A stretch of 14,425 nt of DNA from a virus (taxonomy: Duplodnaviria; Heunggongvirae; Uroviricota; Caudoviricetes). The position numbers were made by a program, and so were the translations under genes. Numbering within the stretch: position 1 is the first letter of the stretch; every line of letters begins with the position of its first letter. This document shows, in pieces, positions 1 to 7,922 of the stretch. Below the pieces are notes generated by a model. The model was given only the letters and a program-made list of their open reading frames with translations. It was not told where the DNA came from and did no database searches. The stretch lies in IMG/VR virus record IMGVR_UViG_2537561977_000008; one strand, given 5' to 3'.

Positions 1-251
1 ACATCCACAATGACGCGCATTACGCCAGCCTGATGGCGGTTATTCGTGAAAAGGAAGAAACACTGAAACAACGCGTGATCCGCGCGCTGGCGGGTTTTTC
101 GGGTTACGGGCGGGTGATGGTTGTCGGTGGCGGGGCGGAGATTGTGGCACCCGCTATCCGCGAAGCCTGCGGAGTTAATGCGACTTTCATCGCGGACGGG
201 GTGCCACAGTTTGCTCTGGTTAATGGGCTGTACGCAATGGACAAGGAGTAA
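1..251 (+). CDS. parM: ParM/StbA-like actin-type plasmid segregation ATPase, C-terminal fragment (5' end lies outside the window)
   Basis: The reading frame is open from the window edge (codon phase from nt 3) to TAA at 249-251. The C-terminus (VMVVGGGAEIV ... FALVNGLYAMDKE) resembles the C-terminal adenosine motif and LVNGMY tail of R1 ParM/StbA as recalled. It is followed directly by a ParR-like gene. Confidence 0.55.
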   Translation, partial: IHNDAHYASLMAVIREKEETLKQRVIRALAGFSGYGRVMVVGGGAEIVAPAIREACGVNATFIADGVPQFALVNGLYAMDKE

Positions 252-255
252 ACCA

Positions 256-567
256 ATGACGACACCAACCAGACGGATAAGTTTCTATCTGAAGCCCGCC
301 GCCGTCAAGAACGAAGGCGAAGCATGCGCCTGGCTGGACAGCCTTACACCAGAAGCCCGCAAAAGTGGTCAACGCGTGGCTTTTCTGGCCGGGCTGGCAC
401 TACTGAAAATGAATCCGGCAGAGGCTTACCGACTGGCTGCATGGGCTGATGATGAGGCGTTATCAGTGACACAAACCAGGACAGAACGCCCCGCGTCACA
501 GCCAGTATCAACCGCACAGATAACCAGTCAGATGGCCGGAAATATCCGGGCGTTATTTCCCGAATAA
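256..567 (+). CDS. parR: ParR-like partition adaptor (centromere-binding protein), 103 aa
   Basis: ATG at 256 with AGGAG 7 nt upstream. The protein (RISFYLKPAAV...LDSLTPEARKSGQRVAFLAGLALL...NIRALFPE) is co-linear with recalled R1 ParR (RTIAFKLNPDV...LDSIPQGERSRLNRAALTAGLALY...NILRSLFPKE). The 148-aa ORF in the track (121-567) is an upstream extension in the same reading frame that overlaps the parM stop region; the real start is 256. Confidence 0.55.
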   Translation: MTTPTRRISFYLKPAAVKNEGEACAWLDSLTPEARKSGQRVAFLAGLALLKMNPAEAYRLAAWADDEALSVTQTRTERPASQPVSTAQITSQMAGNIRALFPE

Positions 568-572
568 CACAA

Positions 573-596
573 CATCAGGGCGCATCCGCCCTGATG
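573..596 (+). terminator. Perfect 10-bp inverted repeat (CATCAGGGCG-catc-CGCCCTGATG) downstream of parR; candidate intrinsic terminator or operator palindrome
   Basis: Read directly from the sequence: a 10-bp GC-rich stem with a 4-nt loop, followed by ACTTTAA (a weak U-tract). It lies between the parR stop (567) and the next start (631). Confidence 0.35.
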
Positions 597-630
597 ACTT
601 TAACCCGGGAGCATAAACAAGGGGGACACA

Positions 631-963
631 ATGCAACACATTGACAGAGAAAAAGCGCAGCGACTGATTGAGCGGATGGAGGCGCTGGCGAAAGAAGAAA
701 ATGTCAACATCCAAAAAATAGCTGAATGTGGCCAGATAGTTCTTCGTCGTGAAAAAGACCTCAAACAACTGATGTCTGGCGAAACCAGCAAAACATGGAC
801 TTCAGGCGAGAAGACGGTTTACTGCAGTTTCTGCAATAAATCCCAGTACGAAGTCACAAAGGTGATTGCCGGACCGTCTGTTTACATCTGCAATGAGTGC
901 GTGGATTTGTGCAATGAAATTATCAGGAAAGAAGTGACAGACAAAAAGGAAAAAAACGCATGA
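631..963 (+). CDS. Small protein (110 aa) with a C-terminal ClpX-type C4 zinc-binding domain; no AAA+ module
   Basis: ATG at 631 preceded by AAGGGGGA. The C-terminal half ([39 protein letters not shown]) is near-identical in motif to the N-terminal zinc-binding domain of ClpX ([39 protein letters not shown], recalled). The N-terminal 60 aa is an unrelated charged helical region. Confidence 0.7.
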   Translation: MQHIDREKAQRLIERMEALAKEENVNIQKIAECGQIVLRREKDLKQLMSGETSKTWTSGEKTVYCSFCNKSQYEVTKVIAGPSVYICNECVDLCNEIIRKEVTDKKEKNA

Positions 964-1187
964 ACAGAAAACAGAAACAAGAGTTGAAATACTTCTTACG
1001 TAAAGAAATTGCCAGGCTGGAAGATGTGGAATCTCAATCATCAGAAATTCCGTTCGGAATGGATATCAACGACGCCCGTATGCTTCAGGCATACCGCATA
1101 GCCCTGGCTGCACTACAGAGAAAAGCACCAGACATCAACCCTCGCCAACAGGAAGAACAGGAACAGCACAAAGGAGGCAACCAGTGA
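960..1187 (+). CDS. Hypothetical small helical protein, 75 aa
   Basis: ATG overlaps the upstream stop (ATGA at 960-963), indicating translational coupling. Charged, helical composition; no recognisable family. Confidence 0.45.
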   Translation: MNRKQKQELKYFLRKEIARLEDVESQSSEIPFGMDINDARMLQAYRIALAALQRKAPDINPRQQEEQEQHKGGNQ

Positions 1188-1423
1188 GTAATTCAGCACG
1201 ACTACAGCTTGGTTTTTCACCGCTATCAAAAACCATCGTGTTGGCAAAAATGCGTGACTTAGGAGACGGAACAAAACGCCGCGTAGGAAATGATCGCGGT
1301 CGCGATGTAACCAACGGGGCCGCTCAACTCGTTTGGCATCTAGTCATGGCAGAAGGCGGTGAAATTAATTGGGAGCTGGATGATGGTTCTCGTATGATTT
1401 TGAGGGCCGAGAAGAGTAAATAG
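1184..1423 (+). CDS. Hypothetical protein, 79 aa
   Basis: GTG start overlaps the upstream stop (GTGA at 1184-1187) with a strong AAGGAGG 6 nt upstream. No family recognised. Confidence 0.45.
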   Translation: MSNSARLQLGFSPLSKTIVLAKMRDLGDGTKRRVGNDRGRDVTNGAAQLVWHLVMAEGGEINWELDDGSRMILRAEKSK

Positions 1424-1437
1424 CTCAAGGGGGATTA

Positions 1438-1623
1438 ATGCTAAATGATGATGAAGAAGAGCTGCTTATGCAGGAATGGTCGCTCGGTGATTATGATAAT
1501 GGTGAAAATGGGTGCCCGCATTGTGGCCGTTATCGTTTATGTATCTGCCAGAATGGAAAACACAGATGTGAAAAGTGCAATTGGTCTCCGGAACTTAATG
1601 ACTACGTGCCGATCGAGTGGTAG
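1438..1623 (+). CDS. Small Cys-rich putative zinc-ribbon protein, 61 aa
   Basis: ATG at 1438 with AGGGGG upstream. Acidic N-terminus followed by CPHC-x5-CxC-x6-CxxC. Last gene of the four-gene operon. Confidence 0.45.
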   Translation: MLNDDEEELLMQEWSLGDYDNGENGCPHCGRYRLCICQNGKHRCEKCNWSPELNDYVPIEW

Positions 1624-1663
1624 AGGTAAGTCACACTAGGTGTTTTTTAGTTGATTTTATAAA

Positions 1664-1762
1664 TGCACAATAGTGCACAAATTTGCACAATTTTTTTGAA
1701 CGACTTTTTACCCTTCCGGCCTGCGTGGCGGCTGGATCCGTCAAGGATCCGTGCGTGCACAA
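1664..1762. repeat. Four direct copies of TGCACAA in helical phase; candidate protein-binding array (terminase/cosB-like or operator)
   Basis: Copies at 1664-1670, 1674-1680 and 1684-1690 are spaced exactly 10 bp apart; a fourth at 1756-1762 is 72 bp (about 7 turns) further on. The region is AT-rich and non-coding, and also contains a GGATCCGT direct repeat (1734-1741, 1745-1752) and a near-palindromic A7-CGCGC-T5 (1761-1777). Confidence 0.5.
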
Positions 1763-2063
1763 AAAAACGCGCTTTTTCTACGAGCAGGTGACGGGGGAAC
1801 AGCCCGCGTTTCAGGGGGTAAATAGCATTCCCTGAACGATGTCGCAGAGATACAACAGAATGGCTGTATTTCTCACGCTGAGCGTGAAAAAGACGTGAGG
1901 GCTTTTGATTTGATGGGGTGAAAGGTAAGGCCGTCAAAATCGCACTGAGACGGCGAGAATATGCAGTCAACGAGGTGGGATTGCGTAAGAGTCTGACTGT
2001 CGATGATGGCAATCAGCAGGAAAGCGTCGTGAAATTATCTGACTGATACAGGAGCTGGAGAGT

Positions 2064-2088
2064 CGGGGCATAAATTTTTTATGCCCCG
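2064..2088. terminator. Stem-loop (CGGGGCATAAA-ttt-TTTATGCCCCG) 27 nt downstream of the portal stop
   Basis: Read directly: 11-bp stem with a 3-nt loop. No clean U-tract on either strand, so it may be an RNA-stabilising hairpin, a terminator for the leftward Q transcript, or part of cos. Confidence 0.3.
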
Positions 2089-2114
2089 GCGAAGCAGCAG
2101 ACAAGCGAAGCGCG

Positions 2115-3134
2115 TCAGGATGTGGGCTGGGTGTCTAACAGTGCGTAAGGGTTAAAGCGGATCACCTCTTCGCCAAGCCAGTCATTGATGTGCTTCATGG
2201 CCTCCATGACGGGCATCAGCTCGTTAATTGCGTAAACCCGCGCGGCCTTCTCCACATCACCAAACGCACTTTTTTCGCCCGGCATCGCCCCCATCAGTTG
2301 CGGCGGAACGCGGTGCGCAGCCAGCACATCATCACGGGATGCCGCCTTAACATTCATGAACTCATCCTTTGCGGTGATCTGCTGGAACGGCAAAATTTGC
2401 ACCCCCTCTTTGCCCCCGTTGGGCGCATGAATGAGCACGTTTTTAAACGCACCACCACCACGTGCCCCCTGTAGCGTTTCTTTCAGGGAGTCCATGCTTT
2501 CGCGGTTTACCTGCGCTGCACCGATGTAGATGATGCACCCGGCGTGGGATCCGTTGTCGTAGTACAGTTTTCTGAACATGTCCGCCGAATGAGAAAGGCT
2601 GGCCGAGAGTAATGCGCCAAGATATTCCGGCATGCCGTAGATTTCCTGGTTAATATCCGGATTCATCAGGTGGCACACTTTGCCAGGACGAAACTGAAAC
2701 GCATCCTTGCCATCCTGCACATACCACCATGATTCAAGATCGCTTCCGCGTCGCATGTATTTCGCCAGGGCGTGCCGTAATTTAAGCGGTTCGCCGAGCA
2801 TATTGCTCCGAAGCTCAAGGAATGCGTTACCGAACACAAACCAGTCCAGCGCCAGCGCCGAGAAATCCTGCCGGGAAAGCAGCGGGTGCGGAATATAGCA
2901 GCCGAGCAATACATTGCGCTTAAAGTAAAGCGCAGACTGATGCCAGGACGTTTGCCGGGCAGCTCTTGCCAGACCGTACCAGTCCACCGGGGTTTCATAC
3001 CACCGCCCGTTATCAGCACAGTACATATTGTCCAGCAGGTCATGCCCGGTCAGGCGGTAAGGACCATCAAATGTGAATGCACTGAGCGACGATTCTTTCC
3101 TGAGCGCATCAGCGAGATCAATGCGTGAACTCAT
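2115..3134 (-). CDS. Q: Portal protein (P2 gpQ-like), 340 aa
   Basis: Long minus-strand ORF. The start is chosen at the internal ATG (MSSRIDLADAL...) so that it does not overlap the upstream terminase gene. Size and position (downstream of terminase large, next to the cos-side end) match P2 Q. Confidence 0.85.
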   Translation of the reverse strand: MSSRIDLADALRKESSLSAFTFDGPYRLTGHDLLDNMYCADNGRWYETPVDWYGLARAARQTSWHQSALYFKRNVLLGCYIPHPLLSRQDFSALALDWFVFGNAFLELRSNMLGEPLKLRHALAKYMRRGSDLESWWYVQDGKDAFQFRPGKVCHLMNPDINQEIYGMPEYLGALLSASLSHSADMFRKLYYDNGSHAGCIIYIGAAQVNRESMDSLKETLQGARGGGAFKNVLIHAPNGGKEGVQILPFQQITAKDEFMNVKAASRDDVLAAHRVPPQLMGAMPGEKSAFGDVEKAARVYAINELMPVMEAMKHINDWLGEEVIRFNPYALLDTQPTS

Positions 3135-3159
3135 GCGCACTTTTTTATTTTTCTGCTCA

Positions 3160-4912
3160 TCAGAACTCCATAACCGTGAAACGCTCGTTTTCTCCTTCGC
3201 CGCCAATCGGTTCGTTAATGACAGCAAGCATGGTTGCCCACGCAAGGTCGCCGTGGCTGATCCCCCTCGCGCGGTCCGTTTCGTAAGTGATAAAACCGCC
3301 CGGTGTTTTCACCTTACGCACGGCGTTAAAGGCCGCAACCAGCTCGCGTTCGGCGCGATCGTATTCCCACCGCCCGGCACGCATTATTTGCAGCATTTTC
3401 AGTACCAGCGACCGTTTTGATGACAGCGTGAAGGTGTAAGGGATGGCGGCGGGAAAAAACCGTTTCACTATCTGATAGACGGCATCCCCGTGCCCGCCCG
3501 TCGCATCAATGCCGATGTGTTCCACGTTGTAGCGATACGTGAACTCTTCAATAACTCTGGCCTGCTCTTCAAAATTCCAGCCCCTGAACGCGTCGCGTCT
3601 CCACCGTTCTGAAACGACTACCAGGAACAGCCGGAGGAACCACCACGGACACAGCGCCGCTGTCGCCGTTACCACTGCTGCCGTTTGCGTCATACCCAAT
3701 CCATACCGGACGATTCCCCATCGGGCGGGGGGCAAAGGGTTTCCAGTCTTTCCAGTCGTCGTATCCGTCAACACCGCAGCCAATCAGGATATTCAGGTTA
3801 AATGCCGATTCCCCTTCGCGGACAAACTCACACATATAGAGATTGCGGAACTCGTCTTCGGTGTTTTCATCACGAATTTCATCAATATCGGTGTGTTTCC
3901 AGCCGTGATTAACCACATCTTCCAGCGTGACAATTTGCCGCCACGTCCGGTCAGGGCAGATAAGCCCGTTATGCAGCGTTTTCCAGTCCACAGAAAAACG
4001 CTGGCGTTTATGCGCGGCCTTTTTCTCGTTCCAGCGGTCGCCGTTCCAGTAGGCGTATGCCTCGTGCGTTTCGGTGGATGGCGTGGAGAAGCAGGTGCGC
4101 CGCAGTCCGCTGAGGGTTGCCATAGCGCCAGCCACCTTGCGCAGTTCAGCAAAGCGACTGACCCAGAAAAATTCATCAAAATAAAAATTGCCCGTGTAAG
4201 ATTGCGCCGTCGCAGCAGAAGTGCCGAGAAAATGCATCTCTGCGCCGTTGGAGAGGATGATTTTATCGCCCCCTTTCAGCTCCACATCGACTTCAGCCGC
4301 GGCCTTCTGAATAATGCTTTTAAACTGGAACGCCTGACGACGCGACGCAGACAAAAAAATCTGGTTACACTGGTAAGGTTGTGCCACATCGTCACGCAGC
4401 GCCATCAGCAGTGCTTCCTGTGCAAAATACCAGGTCGCCCCAATCTGTCGGGATTTCAGGATCATCCTGTTACGTATCCCGGCTTCCCTGCAAAGCGTCA
4501 GGGAGTCAAACCAGCCCCGCTGATGCCACTCCAGCCTGCTGATGATTTTTTCCCGCAGTGCGGCAATCTGTTCCGGCGTGAAATGATTTTTGAGTTTTTT
4601 CGCCCGGCCTTTCTTTCCTGTGGCCGTCGCATCCGGCTGGCCATCATGCAGTTTTTTAAGCTGCCGGGTCAGCAGGTCTATTTCCTTAAAGTCACCACCT
4701 GTTTTATTCTGTTTTTCAGTAAGCTGGATGAGGCGCGCATCGATGGACTGCGTGACACGCTGCACGGGTGGCGTTTCATCCCACTGGTCGCGTTTTTTCC
4801 ACGCATAAATCGTGTTCGGGTTTATTCCCATCAGACGTGATATTTCTGCGGGCGGATAACCCTGCCAGTAAAGTTGCCGCGCACGCTGGCGCACAAAAGC
4901 GTCCTGAATCAT
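3160..4912 (-). pseudogene. P: Terminase large subunit (P2 gpP-like ATPase/nuclease), split into two frames by a 1-nt indel in a homopolymer run
   Basis: The N-terminal 447-aa ORF (3569-4912) matches recalled P2 P (ILKSRQIGATWYF, NQIFLSAS, FLGTSAATAQSY, FSTPST, NRPVWIGYD). The C-terminal 207-aa ORF (3160-3783, other frame) carries the rest (YNVEHIGIDATG...HGDLAWATM...MEF). The frames switch at the CCCC run on the + strand at 3581-3584. Confidence 0.85.
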
Positions 4913-5073
4913 TGCTCCCCCTGAGTAATTACAGGAAGATTACCCGCGCGCGAAACCGTTCTCCTTAACCCCCTGTTCTGGCCGTTTTCTTACAACAAAA
5001 GCCCTTTGTATCAGCCTGTTACGCTTTGCCATCATGACTGAAGAACCAGTCAGAGGGGCAAAAACTATGGCTA
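4913..5073. promoter_or_regulatory. Divergent intergenic region between P (leftward) and O (rightward); expected site of activator-dependent late promoters
   Basis: 161 bp between divergent morphogenesis operons, as in P2 where the Ogr-dependent P and O promoters lie here. A partial dyad TGT-N15-ACA is at 4974-4994. No clear sigma70 -35 element, consistent with activator dependence. Confidence 0.4.
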
Positions 5074-5904
5074 ATGAAAAAAGAGACATCCCGCAAAAAG
5101 TTTCGCGTGGCTGTCTCCGGATCAACTGTTGATGGCCGTGAAATCAGTCCGGTGCATCTGCGTGAAGCCGCCGAGAACTTCAACCCGGATGTTTACGCTG
5201 CCCGCGTGAACGTTGAGCACTATCTCTCGCCATGCCCGTCAAGCGAATTTTCCGCAATGGGCGATGTCACCGCACTGAGTACGGAAGACATTACGGAAGG
5301 TCCGCTGGCCGGACGTACTGCGCTGTATGCAGAAATCGAACCGACCGAGCGCATGAAGCAGCTTGTCGCGGACGGCAAGAAAATCTATTCCAGTATCGAA
5401 CTGCACCCGCAGTTCTCCGTTAACGGGCGCGCCTATCTGGTCGGGCTGGCGATGACCGACACCCCGGCAAGCCTGGGCACTGAGCGCCTGAAATTCACGG
5501 CACAGCAACGTCAGGCGGTGATGACGTTCAACAGTATCCAGGGTGAAGCACCGCTTATCTCCGAAGCCATCGAGTCTGAAATCATCGAAATGGCAGAACA
5601 ACGCCAGGAAGAAGGCACCCAGTGGTTTAACCGCGTAATGGGGATTATTGGTCGTGGCCGCAAAGCGGATGACGCCAGTTTCTCCCGTATTCAGGAAGCG
5701 GTGGAAAGCGTCGCAACGTCACAGGCCGACATTATCGACCGTTTTAATGCGCTGGAAACACGCCATCAGCAGGACAGCCAGAAAATCACTTTACTGACCA
5801 CGGAGCTGACAGCACTGAAGGAAAAACTGCGCACGCAGGACGGCGATCCGCAGAACCGGTTCACCGCAACGGGCGCAGCCTCCGACCAGCTGGCTGACTT
5901 CTGA
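5074..5904 (+). CDS. O: Capsid scaffolding protein (P2 gpO-like), 276 aa
   Basis: The N-terminus (KKFRVAVSGSTVDGREISPVHLREAAENFNP ... YLVGLAMTDTPASLGTE) is co-linear with recalled P2 gpO. The ATG at 5067 is out of frame and stops after 20 codons, so 5074 is the start. Confidence 0.85.
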   Translation: MKKETSRKKFRVAVSGSTVDGREISPVHLREAAENFNPDVYAARVNVEHYLSPCPSSEFSAMGDVTALSTEDITEGPLAGRTALYAEIEPTERMKQLVADGKKIYSSIELHPQFSVNGRAYLVGLAMTDTPASLGTERLKFTAQQRQAVMTFNSIQGEAPLISEAIESEIIEMAEQRQEEGTQWFNRVMGIIGRGRKADDASFSRIQEAVESVATSQADIIDRFNALETRHQQDSQKITLLTTELTALKEKLRTQDGDPQNRFTATGAASDQLADF

Positions 5905-5927
5905 TAAGACAAAGGAGCAAATTTTTT

Positions 5928-6977
5928 ATGAATCTGGTGATGTCAGATATTACCCGCAACAAGCTGGGTTGCTATATGGCGCAGCAGGCGTCGCTTAACA
6001 ATATCCCGGTTTCTGCACTGGTATCGCGATTTACCGTGGAACCTGCGGTGCAGCAACGTTTTGAAAACGCCTCAAAGGATAGCACCGAACTTACAAAAAA
6101 TTAACGTGATCGGCGTGACCGACCAGAAAGGCGAAAAATCCTCCTGGACACCACAGGACCGATTGCACGCACAAATACCAGTTATGACGGAACAAAACGC
6201 CGTAACCCGAATAACGTGGTTGATCTGAAAAACCGCAAATACCAGTGCGAACAGGTGAGCTACGACACGTTTATTTCGTATCCGCAGCTTGATGCCTGGT
6301 CGGCACACAGCGATTTTCAGTCCCGCATCAGCGCACAGATTGCCCGACAGGTGGCACTTGACCGCATCATGATCGGTTTCAACGGCACATCTCACGCGGA
6401 TGAGTCCAACTTCAGCACCAACAAGCTGCTTCAGGACGTTAACGTGGGGTGGCTGGAGCACATCAGAACCAATGCCAGCGAGCGCGTAATGAATGACGTG
6501 ACGCTGACTTCCCGCAACATGGACAACACCGTGGCGCACGCGGGTAAATACGCGAACCCTGATGCACTGGTACAGGACGCGCGCTCATCTCTGCTGGATG
6601 AATGGCACAAGGAAGCTGACGACCTCGTGGTGATTATGGGGCGCAACCTGTTTAACTCGCTGCGTCTGCCAGTGCTGAACAGCATCAGCGGCCAGAATCC
6701 CAATGCGGAATTACTTGCCGGGCAGCTCATCCTGTCATCGCGCACCATTGGCGGGCTGGGTGTGTTCCTTGCACCGTTCTTCCCGGATGCAACGATGCTG
6801 ATCACCTCATTCAACAACCTGTCGATTTACTGGCAGAAAGGTTCAATGCGTCGTCTGATGAAAGACGAACCGGAATACAACCGCATCGCCACCTACCAGT
6901 CCATCAATGACGCTTATGTCGTTGAAGACTATGGCAAGTGCGCGATGGTCACTGGCCTGAAGTTCGCCGACAGCTAA
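5928..6977 (+). pseudogene. N: Major capsid protein (P2 gpN-like) with two compensating 1-nt indels in A-runs 38 nt apart
   Basis: AAGGAG sits 10 nt before ATG 5928. Frame 0 reads MNLVMSDITRNKL...FTVEPAV then hits TAA at 6102-6104. The +1 frame carries INVIGVTDQKGEK (P2: INIVPVSEMKGEK), and frame 0 resumes with ILLDTTGPIARTNTS...KYQCEQ... through to 6977. The shifts are at A6 (6095-6100, one A too many) and A5 (6134-6138, one A too few). Confidence 0.85.
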
Positions 6978-6986
6978 TCAACTCAC

Positions 6987-7005
6987 GGCGGGCATCATGC
7001 CCGCC
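6987..7005 (+). terminator. GC-rich hairpin (GGCGGGCA-tca-TGCCCGCC) immediately after the major capsid gene; candidate partial terminator or mRNA stabiliser
   Basis: Read directly: 8-bp stem with a 3-nt loop, 10 nt after the capsid stop, with no U-tract. A common arrangement for keeping capsid mRNA above downstream terminase mRNA. Confidence 0.4.
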
Positions 7006-7022
7006 TGTAACGGAGAGAAAAA

Positions 7023-7828
7023 ATGATTACTCCTGCACAGCAACACTGGCAGAACGTGATGGCACAGCGCGCAGGCCGGGCGAATGAAGGTGTGGACCAC
7101 GCCGCGCGTACCGCGCATGAAGAGGTGCTGTATCGTCTGCGTCTGGCACAGGCCCGGCTTAAGGGCGTACAGGCCAGAAGCGCGAAAGCCGACATCAAAA
7201 AAGCGTTGTTGCCGGACTTTTCCGGCTGGATTGAGGGAACGCTGGAGGCTGACGCGGGCAACAGGACGAAGTGATTGCCACGCTGATGGTGTGGGCGATT
7301 GACTGCGGCGATCTTCCGCTTGCGCTGCGTATTGGTGCGTATGCGGTCCGTCACAACCTCATCATGCCGGATAACTTTGGCCGTACTGCTGCCACAGTGC
7401 TGACCGAAGAAATCTGCAATCCGGTACTGACGCAGGCCGGGACGGATGCCGACGCGGATTTGTCCGTCTTTATCGAACCACTGGACACACTTTGGGAAAT
7501 TGTCGCCAACCAGGATATGCCGGACGAAGTGCGCGCCAAATTATGCAAGGCGTGCGCCTTTGCCCGCCGTGGCCTGAGCGATGCGGACAGCATGGCCTCA
7601 TCACTGAAGCTGCTGCGCGAAGCGATGCATCTGAACCAGAACGCAGGTGTGAAACGCGAGATTGCAACCCTTTCCCGCGCCCTGAAAAAAGCCGATTCCG
7701 CAGCCGCACCAGAAGACGCCAGCGCACAGCAGGCGCAGGACGAAAGCAGCGAAAGTAAAAAGACAACGCGGAAGCCTGCAACACGAAAACCACCGCGACG
7801 CAGAAGGCGAAGCGCGGTTAACGACTGA
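7023..7828 (+). pseudogene. M: Terminase small (endonuclease) subunit (P2 gpM-like), frameshifted by a 1-nt deletion
   Basis: GGAG is 7 nt before ATG 7023. ORF 7023-7274 (MITPAQQHW...LEADAG) continues in the -1 frame as QQDEVIATLMVWAIDCGDL...DMPDEVRAKL... to 7828. This is co-linear with recalled P2 M (MTSPAQRHM...GKGAQDDILMTVMLW...ADMPDEVRAKL). The shift is at the GGG run at 7256-7258. Confidence 0.8.
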
Positions 7829-7837
7829 CCCCGTCAG

Positions 7838-7908
7838 CGGGCGGCGTGCGCGGTGTTCCGGTTTGGCTCCGTGACCGTTTACACCGCGCACCCACCGCCC
7901 GATTTTTT
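7838..7908 (+). terminator. Large interrupted stem-loop followed by a T6 tract between M and L; candidate intrinsic terminator or attenuator
   Basis: Left arm CGGGCGG-c-GTGCGCGGTG (7838-7855) pairs with right arm CACCGCGCAC-cca-CCGCCCG (7882-7901): 17 bp with one internal bulge and a 26-nt loop. It is followed by ATTTTTT (7902-7908), then the RBS GGAG for L. Confidence 0.45.
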
Positions 7909-7922
7909 CAGGAGTGAACCCC

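Noticed and set aside
121-567. 148-aa version of the ParR-like ORF starting at 121
   Set aside because: The extension overlaps the parM 3' end in another frame. The ATG at 256 has a proper AGGAG RBS and matches the ParR N-terminus.
1664-1762. Possible CRISPR array
   Set aside because: The repeats are only 7 bp with 3-bp spacers. This is a binding-site array, not CRISPR.
1647-2012. 121-aa minus-strand ORF
   Set aside because: It spans the AT-rich repeat-containing non-coding region next to cos, with no RBS and no recognisable domain. Most likely spurious.
3539-4840. 433-aa plus-strand ORF
   Set aside because: It lies entirely antisense to the terminase large subunit gene. Its composition is Arg/Pro-rich and low-complexity, typical of a shadow ORF in GC-rich coding DNA.
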